Below, piece after piece: positions 24,271-35,996 of a stretch of 64,000 nt of DNA; the first letter of the stretch is position 1; the number at the start of each line of letters is the position of its first letter. A program made the translations under genes and the position numbers. The notes beneath the pieces are model-generated. The model worked only from the letters and a program-made list of their open reading frames with translations. It was not told where the DNA came from and did no database searches. The stretch covers positions 113,586,001 through 113,650,000 of the forward strand of contig NW_024704742.1 of NCBI RefSeq assembly GCF_018977255.1. Reading direction: 5' to 3'. This DNA comes from Callorhinchus milii (lineage: Eukaryota).

Positions 24271-26954
24271 TGGACCTGAAAATCTGAAAGGTTTACTCCT
24301 GCTTCAAACAATCCTGATATGTTTTAGTTATGGGATCCTATCTTCATTGCATCACTGCTGAAAAGTCAGAGAAAGGCAACATTGACAAATCTAGGATTCA
24401 GAGCTCTAAGTTCGTCCATAAAATACAGTCACTATTCTTTACAGCAGTGGTGGCCAACTTCTTTGGGCAACAAAATTAAGGTTTCTTGATTGAATATTTC
24501 TTGATTGATGGCAACCTTTTTTGGTTGGCCAACAAAATAATCATATAAATAACAAATTTTTTTCTTTTAATGTTCTCCAATGCTGCATGTGCTCCTGAAG
24601 GTAGGATCCAATAACTAAATATATCAGCATAGCTTGAGACAAAATGTTTACTAAAATGACTATTTATCACATCTCAATCCTTTTCCATCTCCACCTCTGT
24701 TGATACAAGTGACTTGGTAGTCCAAAGACCTTTTCTGATCCTAGGTTTCTTATTACTGTCCATCTCAACAATACACACCAGCACTACATTTGTAATATTG
24801 TATATATCTGCTTCTTTGATGTTCATTTAAGTGACTTCAAAGTCAATGGGTCGAAATAAACCAAACAGCATATTTAGCTATCTCTACTCTGGAAAGATTG
24901 TAGTCACTTTGTTTATTACTGTATCCCTATTTTTCAGGATTTTCATTCAGAAGAAAATACCAATACTTTGATTTGTTGACCCTAAAGCTCAAAAGACTTC
25001 TGAGGGAAAGAAAGGGTTAAAGTGTCAGTTGTGACGTTTATTTTGAGAGAAGTAGACCAAGAACATATACAATTAAACCTCTTTATACCAAGTGTGTGGT
25101 CTGTAGAACTGTGGAATAACATCCACGAAATAACATCTCAGTCAGACCTATTTATTGTTAATGGTCCCTGTGCAAAAAGCATGTTCAGTGCAAGAGAACT
25201 GATTACCCACACATTGCACCAGGAGCACTGATCACTTCACATCGGGCACCAGTCTCTCTTCCAGACCACATCCCATACACATAAGTATTCCTTTCAACGT
25301 CCAGATCATTTACTGTCCCTTTCCAACGTCTTCTGGCTCATTGTCAACGGCAATGTCAACCATGAGTTCACTCCAGTCATGAACGACTGTTCCAGCACCA
25401 GACAGTCACCAACGCCATTACCGGTGGCTGTCTGTCCTCTCACCGACACCAGTCGGTTATGAACTGACTGATCTCATCATTTCCAGGACACGCTGCTCCC
25501 CACAAATCAGCAACAATAACTAGCATTTATACAGGACTATTAATGAAAAAGAATGTCTCAAAAGAATTTAACAATGGGAGCAGTTAAGTGTACCTTAACT
25601 GCACCTTTCTTTCATCTCTCCTTCTGGTTCAGTGTAGAATAGTGAGATAAACTACATGTACCAGCGCAGCATTTTATGTTGTTTATTAATGCATGGGTTT
25701 GAAAGAAAAATGATATTAAAATTCAATGTACATTGGTAGGATCGTTTGGAAAATTTGATACTGAAAGGATGAACTATCTGAAACAGAGTCTGGATCAGTA
25801 TAAAACATATTATCTGACTTGTAGCTTTGTACCATTTTTCAAAACGTAAGCAACAAACTGTGTGTTGCATGAATTCGATTTCCCATAGAACTCCCAATTA
25901 ATAATTGCAGGCAAGAAAGAAATGAAAGTATGTCATTGAGGATTGAAGTTTTTCCTGGACAAGAGAAAACCTTATGACACATGTTGAAATCAAAGTAACT
26001 TATTTCTTTTAGGAAAACATTGTGTACTTCTGTTTGTAATTTGATTTAGTAGAATTGCACAGAAATACCAAAGAAATGAACATGCATAGCTGAGCAAAGG
26101 CTGTCACATCTACAACAAAATTCGTAATAGAACATTAAATCCTCTTCAAATCCTCTCTGCACACGCATGCAAAAAGCCAACTTTCGTCAGCAATTGATCC
26201 TAACAGGATCCAAACAGTGCCAGAAGTCTAATGGATACATAATACTGCACAATATGATGGTGCGTACATTTTTATCCCTTTTGTAAAAAAGAATGTTATT
26301 TTAGTTCAAATAATAGACATTATGCATAAAAAATTCTCTGCAGTTTTCAAACCTATTTAACTGTAAGCTGTGGTCAGTTGGCATGATCTCCTGTAGACTA
26401 TTGAGAACTATAAACAGTGTTACTGATTGGTTGAGAATTGGGCATACAGTAGTCTATGTGAACCACTGTAAGCTCATGATAAGTACAGAGCTTGCCTGAA
26501 CCACAGAGGTTTGAGACAAATGCTACTGAAACAGCACCAAGTCCTGTGCACTTATTGAGATTAACATACTCCTCGTCAGTGCTGATCATAGTCACGCCAT
26601 GTTTAATACTGCCAAAGCACTGAATTTACTTAGATTCAAAACCCTTTGCTATTGTACTGCCAAATATGTGGTTACCAGAATACTGCACTGTGACGTTGCT
26701 GTTCACTCATGACACAACAGAAATAAATTTAATAATAATAATACCTACATTTCATCCACAAAAATACAGTCAATCCACTTTACAGTATATCCTGTGAAGT
26801 CCTTTGAGGCGTCTCGACGGCGAGTTGAGGCACTGTATCAAATGAAAGGACTATTCCTATTATTACATTTGATTTCACACCTCATCACATCGTTGAGATA
26901 GCTAAAACATTTTCACAAGATATACTGTAAAGTGGTGTAACTATGTTCATTTCA

Positions 26955-27122
26955 CACAATACAATACAAAATTACATTTGTATAGCGCCTTTCACGTCGG
27001 GAGGACATCCCAAAGTGCTGGACCTGAGCGTGGGTGGGGTGCGGGGTTGGGGTGTTGGGATAAGGGAGGGTGGAGGGTGGCTGAAGGGTCTTGAGATATG
27101 CCTTGAAGGAGGCAAGTTTAAA
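26955..27122 (-). mobile_element. L2 3' end
   Basis: ACAATACAAAATTACATTTGTATAGCGCCTTTCACGTCGGGAGGACATCCCAAAG is the rc of the L2 tail. Confidence 0.85.
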
Positions 27123-28857
27123 TATTGCAGATAGATTTTTCTGCCATGTGGAAAATGTAATTAGAGGTGAAAATAAATGGTGCGGCATAAAAAAAACAAA
27201 TTCAGTGAGTGTTGGAGACACTCCAAAATACAAGAGGTTTGGCGTGACGGTGGGTCTATAGATCTGGATGAATACCAGAAAATAAGCCTCTTCCATTCAG
27301 CATTGGTTTTCTGAAAGAAAAAAACTTCACCTGGAATTCAGTAGCATTTTGGCTAGTGGCCAGATTACAACAGAGAAGCCTACATGATCTGGATGAAGAT
27401 CTGACTCACAGACCGGGATCCACCTTGTCCTTCCCGAGGGGCGCTGAGACTGGACTGGAATTGTTCCCTGCTGGGATATCTGCAAATCATTTCTTCAAGT
27501 ATGATGTTATCAGACTAAGGTTGTGTTCTCAATCTTTTCTTTTTTACAACATAAGAAACACATAAGACAACATCTGCTTCCACAAATGCAAAAAAGATGT
27601 GAAGAATACTTTTGATCTTTTTGTGATTCTCAAGCAGTATAATGGAAGTTCACAGTTGTTTTCTTCCATAGGACTACTTCTGTGGAACCCGAGTCTGACA
27701 AGCTACTAGAACTATGTGAGCAGTGCAGCAGGAACGAATTTAGTGATCAACCTGATTATTGCACAGCATATTGAGCCAAGACAGTGTCTAGTTCTGGCCA
27801 TCAGTACCAAAACACCTTAATCTGTTGACAAAATGGATAACAGTGTGGTTATTTTCTATCCAGTGTGATTTGGCTCTATATCAGAGTTTGGAAGAAAGAA
27901 ACATATTAATCAAGTTTTGAGCCTAGAATCCAATGAAACTCAAAATATTGAAACTTTGGCTCCCCGTACACGTGGGCTTCCCGATCTACCAGGGTTGCAT
28001 GGCATCAATGCTAGAGATGGTAACAGAACTTGTAACATGAACCTTAATGAACGTTTGTTTCTATGGTCTATCTCAGTGCCAAAGTTGATGCCATATCTAT
28101 CAGAACCAGTTGTGACATGCTTCAGTTTCTGAAGTCAAGTAGAGCTGTTATCATCCCTATTAGCCTCAATCCTTTTTCTCAACAAATATTGCCCAGATTC
28201 CTCTTGAAGGCATCAACTGATCCTGTATTAGCTACTTTTTCAAAGACCCTGAGCCTCACATATTTGCTATTTGTGGGGGGAAGTATTACTTCCAATATCC
28301 AGCCTAGATTAAACAGTCTATCTATCTTGTGTATTTTCTATTTTACTTCTACATTCCCAGCCCAAGTTAAGCAGCCAATTCACATCGATTTGACTTTTAC
28401 ATTTCATTGTTGGTAATACTCAGCACAAGATCTGCCTACATATTGTTTGACCCCCTCCCCATCCATCGCCATACTTTTATTACTGACAACTAATGCGATT
28501 GTCATATTTATTTGCTGATCTGGTAGTCTTACGACATAAATAGTCTTAGAATAAATGAATAAAGATTTTTTTCACAAAGTTAGAAGTGAGGTTTGAAAGA
28601 TTAAATAATTAATAAAAATGAGAAAAATGATTAATATTCTGAAATACTAAATTAAACTTTGGTACAATGTTTCTAATAATTTTGTCAAAATATTTATTTG
28701 CTGGCACCAAAAATAATTCCCATCTGTTAATCAGCTAATATAATTCACATGCAGAAGATAAAACGCGGAAAAGCTTTGCAAACATTGAACTAATAATCTT
28801 ATTTACTGCCCATCTGAGAGAAGTTAATTGAAAATGCCATGGCTGTTCCTTCTCACG

Positions 28858-29060
28858 CATACAATACAAATTTACATTTATATTGCACCTTTCATGTTGG
28901 GAGGATGTCCCAAAGCCGTTGACACTGTTGGCTGGGCACCTGAGCCGGGGGTGGTAACAGAGTAAAGGAAAGATGACTGAAAGTGCGGTCAAAGAGGAAA
29001 GTCTTGAAACAGACCTTGAATGAGGTGAGGGAGGGAGCAAGTCGGAGGGACTCTAGGCTG
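28858..29060 (-). mobile_element. L2 3' end
   Basis: ACAATACAAATTTACATTTATATTGCACCTTTCATGTTGGGAGGATGTCCCAAAG. Confidence 0.75.
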
Positions 29061-30185
29061 GGTCAGATGACACACCAAAAGACTTGATGAAAAGCAAATA
29101 AAAGCAAATAAACCTGTTCTTGGCAAAATGTATCATATTAAAAAAAACAAGTTTTCCCTTTGTTGACATATTACTTCATGCATTTCATTGTTTGGACAAA
29201 TCTTTCTTTTGATTGTATAAATTGGGAGAACATGTGGAATGCATGCTGTGTTTATATAGTGATGTGGAGCGGGAGGCCCAGGGAGCCTGATTTATACTTC
29301 CTGCTCTACGTTAGATGTGATCAGGCCCATTAAAAAAAGCCAATAGTATTATTAACACCTAATTTTGAAATTTGTGTTAAACTAGGTGTCAAAATTATTG
29401 GATTAATAAAAATATTAGCTTATTAATAACATTTTAAAAGGAACATTTTCAAGTGATATTTTAACAATATCAATAACTGAAAGATGCTAAGTCACCCAAC
29501 AGCCCCTGCCCCAGAGTTTTCTGTGAACCACATGGGAGTAAGCCAATCTGATTTGGACCTGCTAAGTTTTCACAACAACAACTTGCATTTACAGAACGCC
29601 CTTCGTGCATCGTAGCTTCTCAGAGTCCTTTGCAAGTACTGTGTAGGTAAAAATTATACTGGTTTTGAAACCTCCTCCTCCAGGAGATGATGACGGACCT
29701 TGTCTCCAGTGTGATTTGCATTGCCTCAATCAAATTTAAACTGCATGTTTGGTGGTGATTCCTCAGGCTGACGTACAGATGGGCACTAGCATCAGTGAAC
29801 CAATTTTGTTGGGCAATATAAATGTTTGTCATTTTGTAGCATAGAAAATAAAGGGCAACATAAACCATTACAACATTATAGGTATGCTGTGTTTAGAGTC
29901 TTAAACATAATTAACTATGCACTAATAAATGTTAATGTAGTAAATGATTTGGAGAATTCATTCTGCAAATATGAATAATTGTTTGGTTACCCAAACGTGG
30001 GACCCAAATTATTTTTTATGAAACTTATTTTTGTCAACTATTTTCGCAACTCACTCACAGATATCAAATAAACTGTAGAACAGTTTCCAGATTTGGAAAA
30101 GATATTTGACTGTGATAAATTTATATTTTAAAAACACAAAACCATCTAGACATTAACAAGAAATTAAAAGTGGGATTTTTCAGTT

Positions 30186-30540
30186 TCATAGAAATTTACA
30201 GCACAGAAGAAGGCCATTCAGCCCACTGCTTTTTTAAGAGCAATCCTTTCAATCCCATTTACCTGCTCTTTCCCCATACCCCTGTAATTGACTCATTTTT
30301 AGGTATTCATCTAGTTCTCTTTTGAAAGCTAATATGGATTCTGCCTCAACCAGAGCTCCTATCAGGGCATTCCATATCCTAACTAACCTGTGTATGAATG
30401 ATTTCTCCTAACCTCCCCATTTGCTCGTTTGTTAACTATCTTAAATTGATGCCCTCCAGTCACTGACCTACTGACCAGTGAAAATAATTTCTCCCTATTA
30501 ACTATCAAACCCCTCATAATTTTAAGGACCTCTATGGTAC
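30186..30540 (-). mobile_element. CR1 3' fragment
   Basis: CATAGAAATTTACAGCACAGAAGAAGGCCATTCAGCCC tail. ORF 30383 reads IEVLKIMRG..REKLF..TGGHQFKI. Confidence 0.85.
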
Positions 30541-31667
30541 TGAGTGAAAGGCTGGAGGTCAACAACAACAAGGACAATTTAGATTTATATTGCGTCTTTC
30601 ATGTTAGGAAGATGGCTCAAAGCACTTTACAAGGGCAGCACAATGCTTACTCGAGAGAGGAGAAACCAGGTCACAATAGCTGAATGGAAAGATAACAAGC
30701 AGCTTAGCTGAAGACTGTGGGACGAAGTAAAAACTGGATCACTCTGGCCTGTTTTAAGGGTTCCTGAAACAATAAATGAGTTGGAAATGCCAACAGATAT
30801 ATCATGTTTATATAACTTATCAACATGGCATATTAACAAAAGGCTTATAATGTGCCTAGAACGTCTTCAAGGACCAACATTTTCATATCAATTAATCACT
30901 TTTATGAGGTTAGGTGTTTCGTACTCCTAAAATCCTGAAGGCTTTTTTTTCTTGCTATTTTTGTGCAGTTGTTTAAAATGCTTTAGAGATTAGGCTGCGG
31001 TTACTCATCAATGGTTGAATAGTTACGTGACACATACTTTCCTAACAGATTCAGTCCCGGATACATACTTTTCCCTTTTCCCATGACCTAGTTTTACTTT
31101 GCACTGAAAAGATTTGCAACAACCTTATTCAAATATAGAGAGTTTTTTTTCCTTAAAATGCTATTTTATCCATAGCGACAGCAAATATAACCAAATATTC
31201 ATGAAATACTGGAGTGACAAATATATTTTTTAGATAACTGGGCATTTTCTCTGTTTCCACGCAGCTCCTTTCCTTAGAGAAGATGAGGCACTTTACATTA
31301 GGGAGTTCACGGAAGTCCATCTGAAATGGCTCACGTTTAAGTGTCAGTCCTCGCAAACTCAAACGCTCTTGCCTCTCCCACTACACCTGCCCCAAAGGAA
31401 GGTCCCGCCTATCAGTGAAAAGTACAAGTCAAATGTAATAAAATGTTAGACCCTCTGGTATTTGTAAAAACTTGTATATTGAATATCAACATATAACTTG
31501 TAAAACTTCTCAGTCAAAGAAACTGTGAAACTTGTACATCTCTGCTTTATATTTATATTTTATATTTTAAAAAGTCTGCCTGAATGTTCAGTCGAGCACA
31601 GGTTCTCTTCATATGTGTGTTTTGTTAACTGCTGGCCATGCTGAAACACTGAGCACTTGCAGCGGGG

Positions 31668-32468
31668 TGCTATGTCCGTCAGACATCAAGTCCTGGATGA
31701 GAGCTAACTTTCTTCAGTTGAACATCAACAAGACTGAGGCCCTCCTGATTGGCTTTCATCAGCACCTCCTCACCTCAGGCACTGACAGCATCACCATCCA
31801 TGGTTGCACACTCCACCTTGCTAAGCCAGTCTGGAACCTTGGTATCTTGTTTGACCCTCAACTATTCTTTCTACCCCACATCTGAGCCATGACCCGCTCT
31901 GCCTTCCACACCTCCATAACATCGTCCGGCTCCGCCACTGTCTCGTACACGCTTTCATTACATCGAATCTCGACTATGCAAACTCATTGCTTGTGGGCCT
32001 CCCAACTGCTCCCTCCACAGGCTGCAGATCATCCAGAACTCTGCAGCCCGTTTCCTCTCCCCCACCAGACTCCGCGACCCTATCACCCCCATCCTCGCCC
32101 AACTCCACTGGCTTCCCATCACACAGAGGATACAGTTCAAGATCCAGGTCCTCACCTTCAAAGCCCTTTATGGCCTTGCACCTCCCCCACCTCTGCGACC
32201 TCCTAAACCCCTACTATCCTGCTCGCTCCCTCCGCTTAGTGGGCTCCAGCCTGCTTCACGTCCCACTATTGGTGAGCGGGCCTTCCATCACTCTGCCCTC
32301 ACCCTCTGGAACTCCATCCTGCAGTCCCTCTGCCTTGCCTCCTCCCTTGCCACCTTCAAGACCCATCTCAAGACCCTCCAGCTCGGGTCCGAAATTCTGT
32401 CTGTCCAGCGCCTTGGGACATCCTCCCGACGTGAAAGGCACTTTACAAATTTAATTTTGTTGTTGTTG
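31668..32468 (+). mobile_element. L2 LINE 3' portion
   Basis: DIKSWMRANFLQLNINKTEALLIG..NLGILFD..LHWLP.. with frameshifts. Tail CAGCGCCTTGGGACATCCTCCCGACGTGAAAGGC. Confidence 0.95.
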
Positions 32469-33089
32469 TGTCTGAGGTGGGAATTTAAATATAAATACTA
32501 ACAGAGCGAGTGGTACAATTTGGCTCGATTTGCCGTCTTCAAACAAACTTTTAAGCAACAGATTTCTGCTCATCCGGACTTTTATAGAAATATACAGCGC
32601 AGAAGGTGATCATTCGGCCCATTAGATCTACACTCAGAGCAAGCTGTTCATTCAATCCCACTGCCATGCACTATCCCTAAACTCCGTCAAGTATCTTTAT
32701 CTTTTCTAACGTCCTTCTGATGAGAAAGGCGCTGTATAAATGCAAATTGTTGTGGTCATTATCTGTCTTCCTCCCTCTTGAAACCCAAAATGGCCACTCC
32801 CTCTACTTTGCCAGGCGTTCCTCATCCCAACAACTCTCTGAGCCTCCTCTGCTCCAATGAAATCAAACAGACACAACAGACTTGTGTTTCACAAATGCAG
32901 GCTTTCGAATTTTAAAACAAACACAATCATCATTAGCAATGTGTTCATAAAATAACTCTAGCACAACTGCATTTCAAACTGAGTTAGATGAACAACAGTA
33001 TCATCCCAATCCATCTCTCAGAAGCTCTTGATAATTATTTACTGAAAAAGTATTTTCTGATTCCTAGGTGGATATGTGATTGGCAAGAC

Positions 33090-33530
33090 TAGACTCAGTT
33101 GGTAGCATTCTCACCTCTGTGACAGAAGTTTGCGGTTTTAAGCCCCACATCAGGACTTGGAACTTACATAGTCCAGAGGCTCACATTCCAATGCAATGCT
33201 GGGGGGGGTTTGCATTGTTGGAGGTGTTGTGCTTCAGATAAGACATTTAACTTAGATCTTGTTTGCCTGTTCAGATGGACGTTAAAGATCCCATGGCATG
33301 ACTTGAAAAAAAATGTAGTTTATCCCGGTGTCCTGGATAATAATCCCCAGGTAAAATTAATCATTCATTTCATGTCTGTTTGTGAGATATTGCTGTGCAC
33401 AAAATTGACTGCTTATGCGCCTACAAAATACACAGTCACTAAACAAATCCTGTGAAGTGCTTTGGGACGTCCTCCCGACTTGAAAAGCACTATATCAAAT
33501 GCAAGAATTGTTATTTTATCAATTATTATT
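33090..33530 (+). mobile_element. SacSINE1-like DeuSINE, near full length
   Basis: Head CTCAGTTGGTAGCATTCTCACCTCTG, body GTTAAAGATCCCATGGCA, Deu core, and tail AGCACTATATCAAATGCAAG. Confidence 0.85.
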
Positions 33531-34109
33531 ATATGTAATCTTTCACAGATTGTATTCAAACAGTGTAGACTGAAGGAATATTGGGATTTATCAAATAATC
33601 CAAGCCTTCAAAGCTTTTCTTTGTTGGCTAATCAAAACTTGTGATCAGGCACATAAAGACATACTGGGGCCACTTACAGAAAGATGGACAGAGTTGTGGA
33701 ACATACACAAAGAAAACATGAATAGAATCAGTGGGATTTGAGTGAAAAAGTAACAGGGAGAAATGCCAGGAACATTGAGAAAAACTGCCAGGAACATTGA
33801 GGGAGAGCTTGGGAGTATAATGGAAAATAATTACTGGAATCAAGAGTGAAATAAATTTAAGGAGATATTGAAAGGAGAAACATTATGGTAAAGATTGGGA
33901 GGATAAAGAAACCATTGGTAGGCTTCACCTTTCACAAGTTGCCAATGGTCTGGAACTCAATTATTACGGTGCAACAAGGATAGTTGCACATATATACAGT
34001 ACTTGGCAAGAATACTATGTTGGCAACAATAATGACTGGGAACAGATGGAGGATGGCGATCTAATGTTCTGTGTGCTTGTTACAATTACAATTTTCCTTT
34101 AATCACTAA

Positions 34110-34700
34110 GTCGTCACATTTGATATAGAGCTTTTCACGTCAGTAGATTGTCTCAAAGCAATTCACAGGATTTATGGTAAATATAGAGACTGCATTTTGT
34201 AGGCGGGCAGGACAGCCAATTTTACACAGCAATGGCCCACAAATGGGCATGAAGTAAATTAACAATTTTAGATGGGGATTTGTTGGCCAGGACACCAGGA
34301 GCAACGCCCTTCTCCTCAGCAGCTGAGGAATGTAGGGGGAAAGGAAATCAAAAGAATGAACGAAAACGTGGGCTTTTAAAAGGTGGAGGGAAGGGGCAAG
34401 GTGAAGGGACCAGAGAGGAGGGGCAGAATGCCTGAAAGTTTGCTTACTAATGGTAGAATGGGTGGGGTAGGAGACACAAAGCAGGCTGGATTTCACTAAG
34501 TGGAGAACATTTCAAAGTGCACTTGAATAAGCAGATGGGACTTCAGTTGAACGTCTAATCTGAAGGACGACATCTCTGACAATGCAGAACATCATCATTG
34601 CATTGGAGTGTCAGCCTGGACCATCAAAGTCGTGATGTGGTGCTAGAACCCATAATGTTTTGATTCAGAGGCCAGAGTACTACCAACTCAGCTAGACTGA
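34110..34700 (-). mobile_element. SacSINE1-like DeuSINE split by an L2-like purine-rich fragment (~34320-34510)
   Basis: 3' half at 34110-34318 and 5' half at 34520-34700 (GCAGATGGGACTTCAG..CTACCAACTCAGC). Confidence 0.65.
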
Positions 34701-35000
34701 TACCTTGGATAGGAGGGGCAAGTTATAGATGGGTCTGCAAAACATGGAGGAGTTAATTGAGGGTTTCTTGATTAAGGGGTTGATGATGATGGTTTTGAAA
34801 GAGAGAGCCAGTGGAGAGGGAGAAGTTAAGGATGTTAGCTACTTGAGAAAGCACAGGAGAAAGGAGAATCCTGCGAGAAAAGTGCTGGGGATAATAATAA
34901 TAATAATATTTAGAGGGAGGGAAGGTTTAGCTGACGATATTTGGAAGGTTTTAGAAGGAGGAGGGGTAGTAGACAATAAAGATTTTGATGAAGATATTTG
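34700..35000 (-). mobile_element. Old L2 RT-region fragment
   Basis: Purine-rich GGATAGGAGGGGCAAGTT..GAGGGTTTCTTGATTAAGGGG..GATGGTTTTGAAAGAGAG is the rc of an FK.II.PLIKKP..NY.P.S-type motif. Confidence 0.5.
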
Positions 35001-35866
35001 AGATAGAATGTGAAGTGGTCAAAGGAGGATCCAGAGGATTTAGGGGACATGCTAAATTGGAAATAAAGCTAAGTTAGTGTCCTCAATAAAAAAAAGCATA
35101 AATAATGAAGAATAGAGATGAAATTAGCAGAGAACCATAACATGTGTGGCTTGCGAATAAGCAACAATTAGAAAAACATAAAAGGTCAAACAAATTTTGT
35201 CCAAATTGTGCAGTTTATCTTAAACTGTACTTTATTCCATTGAGTTTCCATTGAGCACAGTGTACGATTGGATTTTTATGGATAAAAAAATTAACTGTCA
35301 GCTTCATCAATGAAAGCCTTTTAGTTTTGATTTTTCTGGCCAGCCTTCCATTAGCACTACAGTACAATTTGTTTAGATTTATACTGAAGCTGTAATTCTG
35401 TACCAAACTGTTAACATGTGTCAGTTTGTGGTTTTCAGAACAGTGCAACTCTTTGAGTAACACAAGGATGAGAGTAGAATGTATCTATTACCTTTCAAGG
35501 CTCTTCTAACAAAAACATTTTTTCCGCTTGTCATAATGACCTTGAGTCAAGTGAAGAATCACCCTAGCATTGGTTCATATTGCTGACCCCACAATAATAT
35601 GATTCAGTAGTGTGTTGTATCTATGTTGTAGCTGATGGTTCATTCTCTGACTAAAGCCATCACCTTGGCATATTTCTCAAGGCTCTTTACTCTCTCCCCG
35701 TTCATTTTGTTTTGTCATATCAATGACCTCGTCCATTGATCATTCCAAACCTATCCACTCTTGTGCTGATGATTCCATTCTTAAAGTGGAAATGCAAAAT
35801 TCATAACAAGAAGTAAAAAGAATTGCAACTTCTACCAGTAAACAAAAATGTATTTGATCTTATTGA

Positions 35867-35868
<2 letters not shown>

Positions 35869-35911
<43 letters not shown>
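35869..35911. repeat. (TTA)n microsatellite
   Basis: Directly visible. Confidence 0.95.
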
Positions 35912-35913
<2 letters not shown>

Positions 35914-35996
35914 CTTTCCTCTTGTGCTTTTTCTAAGATCCAATTGTGACATCCTACCCACTTTACTTTCTATATACATCCTCATGACAGCATCTC

